Below, piece by piece: positions 12,353-25,507 of a stretch of 49,646 bases of DNA. The notes under the pieces are model-generated. The model saw nothing but the letters and a program-made list of their open reading frames with translations. It made no database searches and was not told the DNA's origin. Position 1 is the first letter of the stretch, and every line of letters starts with the position of its first letter. This DNA is from Octopus sinensis (lineage: Eukaryota). The stretch lies in assembly GCF_006345805.1 (NCBI RefSeq), contig NW_021834373.1, forward strand, positions 1 through 49,646. Direction: 5' to 3'. A program made the translations under genes and the position numbers.

Positions 12353-12832
12353 TATGTTTTAGATTGTGTATATTCCGCTTACATAGGAATTTGATATTTA
12401 AAAAGATTCTGTGGTTAGGAAGAGGGGTTTCGGGAAATTCACATGAGTTGACTTTGTTTCCTCATAACTTGGGTATTTTTTAATGAAATTTGCTACAAAT
12501 ACTTTTCAGAATGTATATATTCAGATCATATTGTAATTTGATGTGAAAAGGAAAATAGTGGCACACATCACAATTTCTTTCGAAATCTCAAGTTTCATTT
12601 TGTACATATATATGATATCCATTAGTACATAAAAGCCCACCATTAGTGCATAAAAGCCCACCATTTTTGTATTTTCTTTTGTCATATTAAAACCCCAGCG
12701 TTTTCGATAGTCGCTCATGAAAAAGTGAAAGTCTTTCTTCGGCAATTTCTTGATTTCAGCAACTATTTTCGGAAAAAAATTTTTGCCCCCTACCCCTCCA
12801 CTTCCAATTTCTTCATTTCTCGCTTGTTTCCG

Positions 12833-12958
12833 TAACTCTAATCCTAAATCCCAACCCTAACCCTAAAACCCCAAACCTAACCCTAACTCTAAAACCCTAA
12901 CCATAAAACCTAGCTCTAAAACCCTAACCCTAAAACCCTAACCTTAAAACCCAAACCC
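12833..12958 (+). repeat. Degenerate telomere-like (CCCTAA/AACCCTAA)n tract, interstitial
   Basis: Directly visible. A shorter tract lies at ~10966-10982. Confidence 0.85.
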
Positions 12959-13203
12959 GGATCTTTTCTTTTTGAAAGCCAGATTTTTCAGATTTTTCTA
13001 GTTAACTAAATAATTTGAAACTTCGTATACTGGTAGAATGTGTCAAAAGAAAATAATAATTTCAACTAGTTTTTTTGACAAAAATATATTTTATAAGTTT
13101 AAACGTAGTTTAAATCTGCGAATTTTAACCAATCATATTGTCTGTTTTCATTTGAAATTATTAGCTGCATAGTGTTAATGTGACGTAGATAGCTATTTTG
13201 TGA
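12959..13203 (+). repeat. Unclassified dispersed repeat (GGGATCTTTTC... family), copy 1
   Basis: Inverted homolog at 13819-14060 and a diverged copy at ~10897-10965. Confidence 0.8.
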
Positions 13204-13633
13204 GTGGGTAAGCAGTAAGCAAACAGCTGTGGTAGATGTGGTTATCATGGCAGTGGTGGTAGTGGTGACAGTGGATGTGTATGATGGCAGCAATTATAGT
13301 GTTGGTGTTTTTGTAGAGGTGGTGGTGGTGGTGGTGGCAGCAGTGGATGATGATGATAATGATGATGATAGTAGTAGTAGCATTGATTATGTTAGGATGT
13401 CTCATGGATGGTAGTGTTGGTGTGTGTGTGTGTGGGTGTATGTATGGATCAAAACAGTTTGATTCAAATTCTGTGGTACTTATATATTCATACATACATA
13501 TACATGTAGATGTATATAACATATGTATATTGTATGTAAACATCTTTTATATATATAATGTATGCATCTATAATACACACACATTATAAATATATATACA
13601 TATATGCATATACATTAGAATATGTGTGTATAG

Positions 13634-13690
<57 letters not shown>

Positions 13691-13818
13691 TATGTTTGTA
13701 TACATGTGTGTGTAGCTATTTAGGATCTACACAAATTTTATATATACTCCACGAAGTTTATGATAAGCGGAGATGTTTACATTTTAGTTAGCTATTTACA
13801 TGTTTACGTTAACTACGC

Positions 13819-14060
13819 CACAAAATAGCTGTTTACGTCACAGTAACAATATTTTGAGAAGCAGTAAATAATATGAGGCCGAAAGAAAGAATATCATTGG
13901 TTAAAATTCGAATTTTTAAACAACGTTAAACTTAGAAATTACAATTCTGTTTTCATTTTGGTTTACAATTATGTTTTCTTTTGACACATTCTACCAGTAT
14001 ACGAAGTTTCAAATTGTTTAGTTAACTAGGAAAATCTGGCTTTCAAAAAGAAAAGATCCC
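13819..14060 (-). repeat. Unclassified dispersed repeat, copy 2 (inverted)
   Basis: Reverse complement matches 12959-13203. The first ~95 bp are nearly identical apart from a 9-bp duplication in copy 1. Confidence 0.8.
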
Positions 14061-14174
14061 AACCTTGCTCGGACTTGCCCGCAGGTGTGTCATATTTTCC
14101 GTCTGTTGTCTTTATATATATATATATATAAGTGTGTGTGTATATATGTGTGTGTATATGTGTGTGTGTGTATG

Positions 14175-14208
<34 letters not shown>

Positions 14209-14498
14209 TCACGTGATCACGTGACCGACCAGACCATCAGATGTTGTTACACATAGCTGGTCACAATGCGTTCGCATTGTTTTAGCCTTCGAATGACGCC
14301 ACCCCGCTGGCTAAGCGAGCAGGCCAACAGAAGAAAGAGTGGGAGAAAGAGTGGTGAAAGAGTACAGCAGGGATCACCACCCCCTGCCGGAGCCTCATGG
14401 AGCTTTTAGGTGTTTTCGCTCAATAAATCTTGCTGGGAATCGAAACCGCGATCCTGCGACCGCGAGTCCGCTACCCTAACCACTAGGCCATTGCGCCT

Positions 14499-14502
<4 letters not shown>
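14209..14502 (-). mobile_element. tRNA-derived SINE, head family D, tail type 2
   Basis: Head nearly identical to 1398-1580 (small internal deletion). The tail is unrelated and ends GGTCGGTCACGTGATCACGTG. Confidence 0.85.
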
Positions 14503-14550
<48 letters not shown>

Positions 14551-14809
14551 GTCTGTCTGTGTGTATATACATATATGTGTGTGAGAGTGTATATATATAA
14601 ATATCGTTTTTGGATTTGGTTTGCAAGATCCTTTATGTGAGTTCGTGTGTTGAAGCATGTTCTGTTGTGTATGTGGAGAGTCATTCTTTTTTTAGAGCCT
14701 TATATTTTAGAGCCTTATAATTTAACACACACACCGGTAAAATTTTCGTTGTGGCTTGCAACCTTTTCAATAGTTTTGACTCTGTCCGTTATTCACACCA
14801 TTTTGTTTG

Positions 14810-15380
14810 TTTGTGTGTGTGTATGTGTGCCTACACATGCATGCATGCTTGTATGTAGGTGTGTGCGTATGTATGCATGCATGTGTGTGTATGCATGAAT
14901 TTGTGTGTGCATATGTATATATGTATGCATGTGTGTATATTTGTATGTATGTATTCTGCATATTCATGTGTTTGCGTGTCCGTGTTTGTTTGTTTTTATG
15001 TATGTGTGTATGCATGTGTGTGTGTATTTGTATATGTGTGTGTACCTCTGTCTCCTTGTTTGTGCATGTCTGAGTGTGTATGTGTGTGTGTGTTTTGCAT
15101 CTATGTACCATGTTTGTATGTATGGATGTGCACCTCCATATGTGTGGACTTGTGTCTCCATATGTGTCCTTGTGTGAAGTAAAGTGTGTGTGCGTGTGTG
15201 TGTACGTACGGCCATGTATTTTAGTCTTCATTTGTGTATGTGTGCGTATGAGTGCTTGTCTGTTCATATAACTTATGTATCTATTCATCTGCATGTTGAT
15301 CTGTTCACTTTCATATTCATATACTTATATACATGTGCATATACATATATATACATGCACTCCCCCCACACATACATACA
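14810..15380. repeat. Degenerate (TG)/(TGTA) low-complexity region
   Basis: Directly visible. Confidence 0.85.
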
Positions 15381-15459
15381 TCTATCTACATAACAGCCCA
15401 CTAACTATTCTACACTACCTGTGTAAACTGTAGGTATGGGGTTATGATATCCACTATGT

Positions 15460-15680
15460 ATATTTCCTACTTAGTATTGGGGAAGTTTCATTCATGATGA
15501 CATACTCTTGTATTTGTCTGAGTGTTGGGTCCTTTGGGTGCTTGGATAAGAGACGGATGTCATGTTGACCCAGATTGACTCCATGCTGGTCCTTGATATG
15601 TAATACATATAGTGACAATCGTCGCCGTGACTCAATTATAAAGAAACAATGATGTTCAGTATATTGACTGTTTTTATGAT
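15460..15680 (-). pseudogene. Possible decayed GIY-YIG (Penelope-type) endonuclease C-terminal fragment
   Basis: IESRRRLS..LHIKDQHG..LGQHDIRLLSKHPKDPTLRQIQEYVIMNETSPILS resembles the G.T.R.L..R..EH ... R.I.E...I....P.LN pattern. Similarity is weak. Confidence 0.33.
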
Positions 15681-15799
15681 GGATATATATCTTAAATAAA
15701 GAATAATACATTGATTGTAATTTTGCCTCTCATCCGCTGTTTGTGTGTGAAAGTGTGACAGTGTATGTGTGTGACTGGGTGCTTGCTTCCGCGTACGCA

Positions 15800-15803
15800 T
15801 GTT

Positions 15804-15867
<64 letters not shown>

Positions 15868-16046
15868 TTATATATATATATACACCCACATGTACATATT
15901 GTAGCTCATCGCCAGTACATTTCAAGAGAAAAATCTATTTATGGGTTTTTTCTGTTTAATTACCTCCCTGTGTGCGTGTGTATGTATGTATATATATATA
16001 TATATGCATAATATACATATATACGCATATATATATATACACATAC

Positions 16047-16089
<43 letters not shown>

Positions 16090-16195
16090 TATACATATAT
16101 ATAAGTATATGTATGCTCGTGTGTGTGTTTGTACAGAGGTGTGTGTGTAAGATTTTGCGTGAGTATGTATATAACATCATTTATACATATGTGTG

Positions 16196-16242
<47 letters not shown>

Positions 16243-16400
16243 TATATATATACACGCACAAATTGATATAGATACACGTATATATATTTATTCGTTCATA
16301 TACATATATCTATACACTCACACACAGCTCTCTGTCTTTCCGCGTATCTATTTACCTGTCTATCTATATGTGTGTGTGTGTGTGTTTGTGTGTGTGAAGA
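15800..16400. repeat. (TA)n/(CA)n compound microsatellites
   Basis: Directly visible. Confidence 0.9.
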
Positions 16401-16984
16401 TTCCATAGGTATTTTACATGCCAATGTTTCAAGGCAGCCATCTGGAAATTCATTATAAGCAGGTTAGAGCAGATTCCACAACTTCACTAATCCACCATTT
16501 TAATGACATAAAACGTATGAAAGAAACAACAACAACAACAACAAAATTAACAACAGCAGCAGCAACAACACCAACAGCAGCAGCAACAGCACAACCGCAT
16601 CGATCTTGACGTTATAGCGTAGAGAGCAACCCAATAAAACAGAACAGGTTGCATTGTAGTTTCTACTCCAGCTTGGCCTACTACATTCATTTAGTTTTTA
16701 AGGCGACACTTGAATGCTGAAAGAAATGGCGACCCAAGAAGCATACTCCAGTGAACAAGAAAAATATACGAAATTAAAAGAAACAAAACAAAAATAAAAA
16801 CGAAGAAGAAAAGCAAATAGTAAAAACGGAAGGCAAAACTATAAAAAGAAAAATAAAGGCAAAAAGGAAAGCGAATACCGCCATGATTTATTTAAAGTAC
16901 TCAATACCTAATATAGAGTATATGTAATAATTTGTTGAAAGTAGTCAATACCTAAAATAGAGTGCGTGTGTGTGATAATTTGTT

Positions 16985-17142
16985 GGAGTGGCTGTGTGGT
17001 AAGAAGCTTGCTTTCCAACCATATGGTTTCATATACAGTCCCACTACGTGGAACCTTGGGCAAGTATCTTCTATTATAGCCTCGGGCCGATCAAAGCCTT
17101 GTGAGTGGATTTGGTGGACGGAAACCGAAAGAAACCTGTTGT
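16985..17142 (+). mobile_element. SINE family C, 5' half
   Basis: Head plus CCTTGGGCAAGT CORE-like block plus AAAGCCTTGTGAGTGGATTTGG. Confidence 0.85.
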
Positions 17143-18345
17143 ATGTGTGGTATATATATGTATGTATGTGTATATATATATACGTAAAATGCGGAAAAAA
17201 AAACGTACCAGAACCACAATCTCCTGATTATGTGAAACCGTGCAAAGTACCGTGTGAGTCTGTCTGTCTGTCTGTCTGTCTGTCTGTATGTATGTATGTA
17301 TGTGTGTGTGTGTGTGTGTGCGTGTGTGTGTATGAGTGTGTGTGTGTGTGTGTGATCCAACAGTTGTTCAGTTATACGTCCAATTCATGTCTATTCATGA
17401 TTAAGACAATCCTCCCTTATGTACATCCAATATTCGCTGTTTGTGATGTAACAGATACACGTATGTACACGACTTTTGTAGATATTACACTAGATATATT
17501 TTATATCCTCAATAAACACCGGTAAATTATGCAAAAATCAAGAAAACTATACTTGCATGACATATACTCATTAATTTATAGTGAACTCACACATCGTTGT
17601 TATGGTTCAAAAAGTCATTATTGAAGGTGTTTATTGATAAATATACACTCTTAGCTTTGTGGTGAAAAATACCCACCAAAAACAAGCAAAAGAACACGAA
17701 CGAAATGATTAGGTAACAGATTTTGTCTATCTGTGGGCAGAAAAGCGGAATCAATCTGATTAATTTCTTGTCCTTCTAGGCCTTCATCAGAGAACGAATA
17801 CTCGTTATCTGCCATCTGACTACTCTATAGCTATTTGCAATTTCTATTCATTATTAATAAAGAATGTCGTTAACGCATGCGCTTTTGTGCTTATAATGAC
17901 CAAGCCTTTTACCTACCCGATGTTGTATGTATTGTACTAGCGAGAAGCTATCAATACATGTCTGGACAGGATATAGCCAACCTTTCTCTGATGGTTTAAG
18001 AAGGCTAGTAGCTAGTTACATAGAGCCCACCTTTTTTGTTCAGTGAATGATAAAACCGGTGGCGTAATCTGTTTATTTTATTGGCTGAAGCTTAAATTGT
18101 AGGCTCATAAGAAAAAGGTACATCAAAGAACGTACACATAAACAGACAAGGCATTTTTCACTGTTTTGAAGACAATTATTACTTTTCGGTGATATTTAAA
18201 GCAAACACTTCGTTCCACTGTGGCCAATATTCCATAGCTTCTTTAGGTGGTATATTTCAGTTCCATTCTTCTCCCTTAATTCACAAACTATTATAGCCAT
18301 GGCCCCGATTACTTAATGAATCGTTATGTACTTTCAGTGATTAAA

Positions 18346-18500
<155 letters not shown>

Positions 18501-18611
18501 CTCTCTTTACAACCCGTGGACAAGATTTAGTGCTGCATACACCTCAACATATAAAGCAAGAAATAGAAAATAAGACAATTGTATATAAAATTATTAGAAA
18601 AAACAAAAAAC

Positions 18612-19919
18612 TAATGAACAGATTACAAAAATTGATGTGGAAAAATGTTTAAAAAACCATAATGAAAGAAAAGAGTATATAAACTGGGGTCCCCAGTTTA
18701 ACACAGTAGTGGTCCGCTTCCCTAACCAGGAAGTGGCAAAAGCTCACTCTACTGAGTCTCTGGGAAATGATGAAATCATCATGGTCCCATACTACAAAAA
18801 CCAGAGAGTGAGTCGAATCACAATTAAATGTACCCCCCGAGCTTCCTAACAATGGATAACAGGGGCAATCTGTTACCATTTAAAAAATATTAATATTTTG
18901 GAGACCGCCGTGTACCCTGGCGACATTTGGGGTGGGAAAACAATAGTGGTGACCATCCAGATTGAGGGGGCCTCTATCGAGAGCCTACCGATAAGATCCA
19001 CTTGGAGAATGGGCAATGCCTATATGTTGTGGCAGAAGGCAAAAAGCCTAGATGCTACAAATGTGGCAGCCCCGAACATTTGATTGCCAAGTGCGATCTG
19101 GTACAGAAAAAACAAGAAAGAACAAATCAGAAAACAAATAAAATCCCTTTGTTGCCAACACCAACATACTCAATTATGGAACAATGCCAAGAAAAACAAC
19201 AAACCAGCAAACAAACACCAACATCACCAAGAAAAGAAACAGTACCAACACAATCACCGTTGATGTCACAACCAATTAAACATGTTGAATTTAAAAAAAA
19301 TGGACCCACACCCACACCCAGGACGACAATTAAAAGGACAGAAAACACTGACGAGAAGACAAATGCTACCCCTAACACCACAACAACGCAAACACCGCAC
19401 AAAACATCAACAATTTATACAAGCATACATAGTAATGCAAATGCTTTGCCTCTACCCCATACTGATACGTCGGACGACGAAAGTTCGACGGAATGGCAAA
19501 TAGCCACAGGGGGTAAAAGAAAAAGATCCAAAAAATCCACCAAACAAGGAAGTAAAGCAGGGAGATATCTAACTCAGGACAACATCCCCCTAGACAATCA
19601 AAAAAGTAATGAACCCGTAAAACCACACACACAACTAACTGCAATAGACACAGACAATAAAGAATTAATGGACTACATCAAATCTAACATGGTCATCTGT
19701 GAAGATGACTTAAGACAAACAATCATCCGCACACCACACCACCGAAACACATCAGAATTTTACACATAACACAAGCACAACACCACATACTGAAAACAAT
19801 ATTTCCGAATGCGGTAGGCGGGTATCAACGATACCTGTCGAAAAAACTATACAAACACCTCATCAAAAACAATACAAAAGAAGAAGAAAAAAATGAAACT
19901 TTTAAAATGGGTAAGTGAC
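18612..19919 (+). pseudogene. Tx1 ORF1 (gag-like, one CCHC zinc knuckle), frameshifted
   Basis: Pieces 18637-18849, 18898-19083 and 19002-19769 with KKPRCYKCGSPEHLIAKC, then a T/P/K-rich tail; probable end KMGK* at 19919. Confidence 0.75.
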
Positions 19920-19983
19920 CTCACTTCTTGCCTCTTGTCTCTTCTAATATAGTGTGTAAAACACATTTTCGTAAATGTCAAGT

Positions 19984-22900
19984 ATGCTTAATTAGGTTGT
20001 GTGAATGCGCGTGGCTTGGCGTCGGCTTGGAAGCAATGTTACCTTCTAAACGACATCAAGTCACTGGACGTGGATATAGTAGCTATCAGTGAAACCAGAC
20101 TCAGTAAACCGCGGCCCTCGAGTCCATGTTTGGCAATCAATTTGACATTTATTTTTCTCCCTGTCTGCCGAACATGGGTGGTGGAGGTACTGCGGTGCTT
20201 TTTCGAAAGAGTCTAAAGGTAAAAGTAAGAGCAATATTCCTAGACCCGAGGGTAGGCTGGTTGTCTTGGACGTGGATGGCAGAAATGGGTGTGTGCATTC
20301 CGTCTGATGGCAGTTTATGCACCGTTCTTAACGGGTCGGGCGGATTTCTTCAGACGTCTAGAGGTTTTCCTGGGTACGTCTAGACCTTTACTGTTAGTAG
20401 GGGATTGGAACGCTACCTTGGACACGCATCTAGATTATGTGGGAAGGGATAGGAATAGAAGGGGGTGTAAGAGCCTCAAAGACCTGCTCAGACGTTTCCA
20501 TTTGTCTGACAGGTTCCGACTCGACCATCCGAACGTGCCAACGTGGACTTGGACAACCGCGTCGGATCGTCGAGATCTTATCTAGATAGAATTCTATGCA
20601 GGACAGCGGATAGGGATAGTGTAGGATGTCCACAATTTAAAATAGTCAGCTACACAGATCACAAATTTGTTACGTGTACGCTCGACTTAGATAAAACACA
20701 TAGGCAGGGTCCCGGTTACTGGAAACTGAACACGTCGCTGTTAGCGCGACAGGTTTACAGGAACCGGATTAGCGAGTTAATTAAGAGGGCGCTGACGGGA
20801 GCGGTCGTTAACAACCACTGGTGGTACGCCCTGAAAATGGCAATAAAATCGGAATCAATTAGGTTTAGCAAGGAATTAGCGATAGAACGAAATAGAGTAG
20901 AGGGAGACTTAGTTAAGAAACTAGAAGAGGCATTTACCACTGGCAGCGCAACCAACGTGCTGGCTGCGAGGATGGCCCTCGACCAACACCTCAACGCCAA
21001 GCACGAAGGTTGCGTCGTCAGAGCTAAGGAACGAAGGGATTGAAGCTGCGCGAGAGGCCCGGGTAGCGGAGGCGCAGCGTGGCAACAGATCCACCATTCG
21101 GTCTCTAATAGATCAACAGGGATGCAGTTTACTCGAACCCGAAAGGATGTGCGAGGCCTTTCAACAGCACTTTGCTCGACTGTTTGGTGCGAGTGGTGGG
21201 TCGGAACGCGGGATGGATTTCAGTGCCTACCTGACCGACCTGCCGCGGCTCTCGGCAAGAGAAGCGGAGTGTTGTGAAAGTCCCATCACAGCCGCTGACG
21301 TGTGGGATGCGATGGCGGGCTGCGCTAGGGATAAGTCGCCTGGATTGGATGGTTTACCCTACGAGCTGTATTGTCGAATGCCAGACTTGTTTGGCGACTT
21401 CTTGGCATCAGTCTACTGCAACTGGCAACAAAACGGGAGAATCCCGGTTTCGTGAGCCGAGGTGCAGTGACGTTGCTGAAGAAAGACTCAAACAAGGGGA
21501 ATTTTATAGATAATTTCAGGCCCATCACTCTGCTCAACGCAGATTTGAAAATTTGGCCAAAGTAATAGCCGAGAGGTTGGCGCTTGTCATTGGTAAACTG
21601 GTCGACAGGGCGCAAACATGCGCCGTGCCGGGCAGAACCATACATGACAACCTCCATCTGATGCACTACATTGTGGACAGGGTAGTTAAGGATCCTGGCA
21701 TGGGTGGGGCGCTGATAAATTTGGATCAGTCTAAAGCCTTCGATAGGGTCGACCATCAGTACTTGGCGGCCGTCCTCAGAGCGGCTGGCTTCGGTCCCGT
21801 CTTCCGCGGTTGGATCGCTGCCTGGTATAGCGGCATCCGATCGGTGATTCGGGTGAACGGTCACCTGTCGAAACCGTTTGACATCACGCGTTCGGTCCGT
21901 CAGGGGTGTCCCCTGTCGGCGCTTCTGTATGTATTGACTCTCGAGCCGCTACTGCGGAAGCTGGCGACACTGAGGGGCATCCCATGGGAACTGGGTTGCG
22001 GGACGAGCGTGTCGGCATATGCGGACGATGTCACCGTCATAGTGTCGAGCGACAAACACATCAAGATGATAGGCGAGACACTAAGAAAATACGAAACGGT
22101 GACGGGAGCAAAGATTAAACGGAAAAGTCAGTGGGTTTGCTACTCGGCACCTGGAGAAGCAGCCCATGCCGTTCGACTGCGGCTCAGTAGTGGGACGCTG
22201 GACGGACGGACCGGTTAAATTGCTCGGGGTCTGGTTCAGTCCGGACCTCCAAATGGATAAGAACTGGGACGAGATCACGAGTAGAGTGGTCGCTCTCAGC
22301 CAAACATGGGCCGAGAGAAAGCTGTCTCCAAAAGGCTGGGCGGAGGTGGAGAACGCGTACATCGCATCCGTCATCGATTACCGCCTGACCGTCGTACCTT
22401 GTCCAGACGCCACCATCACCAAACTGGAACGCATACTCTTCCGCTTCCTGTGGAAGGGTGGCGTTCCGATGGTGAGGAAGTCCATTTGCTGTCAACATCC
22501 GTTGAATGGAGGACTGGGCATGCCGTGGTTTATGATGCGCAGGCATGCGCTGAGACTGCGACATCTCTGGAAATTCATCGACGACGGTGAACAGGCGCGA
22601 CTTTGTGAGGCGCGACTTTGTGAGGCTCGACTTCCCGCAGCTCGTCTCACAGCTCGTCTCACTGACCGAACTGCAAACGTGGATCAAAAAGAGACCGAAA
22701 CTGGGCGATTGGCACCGAGAGTGTCGCCAAGCTCTACAGCAGCTCTGCCGACCGGGGTCAAACTTGTGCAACTTACAAACGACTAAAGCGTTCTATAGAG
22801 GACTAGTGGAGGGGAGGTCCGACGACACACTTGGGGCAAACCTGGGCGTCGACGAGGAATTCCTAACCCGCCTGTTCAGGACGACGTTCGGGCCGGGGCC

Positions 22901-23445
22901 TATGGATAACTTCCAGAAATCCCTGGCTTGGCAGTGCTATCGAGACGCACTACCTGTTCGAAAGAAGAGCTACAGACACGGTTCGAAAACCATCACCGGA
23001 CCGACCTGCCCGAGATGTGGTCAGAGCGACGAAACCGTTCTGCACGCACTCGTGCAGTGTCCAGATATTTCAGAGCTGTGGTCCTTCGTCGAACAGCTGT
23101 TGTCACGTGTAGGTCAGGCTCGCCTATCGGCCGAGTCTATCGTGAATATTGTTCCACCACCTTCCTTTAAACGGAAGGGAAAACGGTTTTCGTTACGCTG
23201 ATGGCTATGGCGAAAGAATGTGTGTGGTGGACGCGTTTGAAAGGACTGCAAAAAACACCTTCCTCTCTGGTCAGTCTCTCGTCAACTTTTTCAAGTACCA
23301 CTTGAAAAGGAGGATGAGAATAGAGAGGAAGGCTTTGTCGAACGAATGTTTTAATAAAAAGTGGGTAAAAGTGGCAAAAATGGTCAGTATGAAAGACGAC
23401 ACTATTTTAAGCATAAATCGTAACCAAAGAGACAACGAGAAGTAA
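19984..23445 (+). pseudogene. Tx1 ORF2 (AP endonuclease + reverse transcriptase + Zn finger), multiple frameshifts
   Basis: Collinear motifs across ORF pieces from 20001 to 23445. Breaks are mostly small indels. Confidence 0.9.
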
Positions 23446-23703
23446 GGCGACTTACTCATGTGTTCTTTTTCGAATTGTCTGAGGTGACCTTGGTCTTTTT
23501 TGTAGGTTTTTCTTTCCAAGGCTACACCTAAACTGTGAACCTTATATATATATATTGCTTTTTTATACACCACACAACCCACAGATCCCTATTGATCAAA
23601 CGTTTTTATTTTCCCACCCATCCCACCTCGAAAAGAAAAAATTCTACATTGTATTTCGTCCATTTTTATTCTGTGTTTAGCCTTGTGTGGCTACAATAAA
23701 AAG

Positions 23704-23797
<94 letters not shown>

Positions 23798-23820
23798 CCA
23801 TCCATCCATCCATCCATATA
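23704..23820. repeat. (CTAT)n(CCAT)n microsatellite
   Basis: Directly visible; abuts the Tx1 3' end. Confidence 0.95.
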
Positions 23821-23871
23821 CCTGTCTCTCTGTCTGTCTATTTATAAATCCATCCATCCTTCCATATAAAC

Positions 23872-25293
23872 TTAGATATGTTTCGACCAATGATTGGTCC
23901 AGGCCATGTCTAACTTAATAGCACCACCTGATAGGATTATTTGAATCCTGTTTAAGTCACGTTTTGTTTATGGTCCATTAGTAGTGAGTTTGTTGGGTGA
24001 GTTGTATGCAATTATGGGTGGCTTATCTGGTATTCCTTGAAGGAATCTATCCAGACTCCGTTTAAAGTTGATGGGATCCTGTTCCTCTTTGATCTCTTTC
24101 GGGACAATGTTAAATAGGGCAGGGCCTGTTGAGGAAAAGAAATTATGTTGTAGTGTACATGTGTGCTGTGATCTTGAATTGGGCAGGGAACGTATGGCCC
24201 GTGGTCCCAGTCTTGGATGAACCTTGAAGCTAATGTTCAGGGCAAAGTTGGCGGTATATTCTCCACATCGTACAAATAATGTACCGCTCACGGCGACGCT
24301 GGAGAGAGTAGAGTTTCAAGGCTTTAAGGTGATCCCAATAATCGAGAGCAGCCATGCCTTCAATTCGTTTAGTGAGTGCTCTCTGGGGTGATTCAATCCT
24401 CGAGATGTTTTGTCTTGTATGGGGAGACCACAGTGGGCAGCAGTATTCGAGGTGTGGCCGTACAAAGGAGGAGAAAAGTGGTATGATGACACTTTGTTCT
24501 CTGGATCGGAAAGTTCTTAAGATCCAGGAACTCATCCTACAAGCTATATCGACCTTCTTGTTGATGTGTGCACTCCAACTGAGATCGTCATCAACAATTA
24601 CGCCCAGGTCTCTGATATTGTTAGAGGCTGTGAGCGGTTCCCCTGAAGGAAGAGAGTATGGCTGTTTTAGTGAGGAATTTCTTCCAAAATGCATCAGCTC
24701 AAATTTTCCCTCGTTCAGTTGCATTTTGTTTCTGTCTGCCCATTGACTCACAGCATATAGATCAGACTGGAGTTGAGTTCGGCCTGCTTCTTCATTGACG
24801 ATTTGCTGGAGCTTAGTGTCATCAGCAAATATTTTCACTTTGCAGTAATGTACGACACTGGAAAGGTCGTTTATGTAGATTATGAAGAGTAGCGGACCCA
24901 AGACAGTCCCCTGGGGGACACCGCTGATGAATTTTGCTGGGCTTGAGTGGACTCTATCAACTACAACATGTTGTGTTCTATTCACCAGGAAATACTTGAT
25001 CCAGTGAAGAACTTTTTCACGGATTCCAACATTTGCCAATTTTGAGAGTAGGATATTATGGTCTACCCTGTCGAACGCTTTACTGAAGTCAAGGTATATG
25101 ACATCAGAGTTCGAACCTGTTCCCAAGGCTTTGAGTACATCTTCAATGTGGTGTAAGAGCTGTGTTAGACAGTCCCTGCCACAGCGAAAGCCATGCTGAT
25201 TTGCATTTAGGAGTTTGTGGGTCTCCAGGAAGTCAGCTATCCTTGATCTTAACACTCTTTCAAACACTTTGATGATGTGGGAGGTGAGTGAGA
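23872..25293 (-). mobile_element. 5'-truncated CR1-group LINE (RT to 3' end)
   Basis: ORF 24230-25267 has QHGFR, YLDFSKAFDRVDH, SGVPQGTVLGPLLFIIYINDL, FADDTKL, RDLGV, RPHLEYCCPLWSP and SLQRRRER. It continues in 23968-24291; 3' stem-loop GACCAAT-C-ATTGGTC. Confidence 0.92.
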
Positions 25294-25304
25294 TATATAT
25301 ATAT

Positions 25305-25448
25305 TGATTAAAAAATTCTATTTATTTATGCAGTTGGGGATAGCCCTGCATTCAAATTGATGTAATGGTTGCATTGTTCAATTAAATGGAGCCGCTTGAA
25401 ACGATCGTACTGCATCACTTCTTGATATCCTGTTGCTTACTATATATG

Positions 25449-25507
<59 letters not shown>

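Larger units (their letters stand above)
18501..23703 (+). mobile_element. Near-full-length Tx1/L1-clade LINE (5'UTR, ORF1, ORF2, 3'UTR, A-tail)
   Basis: ORF1 has a CCHC knuckle. ORF2 has APE (VNARGL, GDWNA, YLDRI, YTDHK, WKLNTSLL), RT (KSPGLDGLPYELY, DQSKAFDRVDH, SVRQGCPLS, YADDV) and C-terminal CPRCGQSDETVLHALVQC. AATAAAAAG at the 3' end. Boundaries are approximate. Confidence 0.92.

Noticed and set aside
12833-12958. True telomere or chromosome-fusion scar
   Set aside because: Short, degenerate, single orientation and embedded among interspersed repeats.
17764-17790. Minus-strand CUGAUGAAGGCC as a hammerhead
   Set aside because: Helix II is not followed by GAAA, and there is no stem III or stem I partner.
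19911-19952. GTAAGT...pyrimidine...AG as an intron between Tx1 ORF1 and ORF2
   Set aside because: Only 42 nt, and better explained as the ORF1 end (KMGK*) plus the inter-ORF spacer.
23872-23905. Hairpin plus GAAAC at the CR1 3' end as a hammerhead
   Set aside because: No CUGANGA core upstream. More simply the LINE 3' recognition stem-loop.
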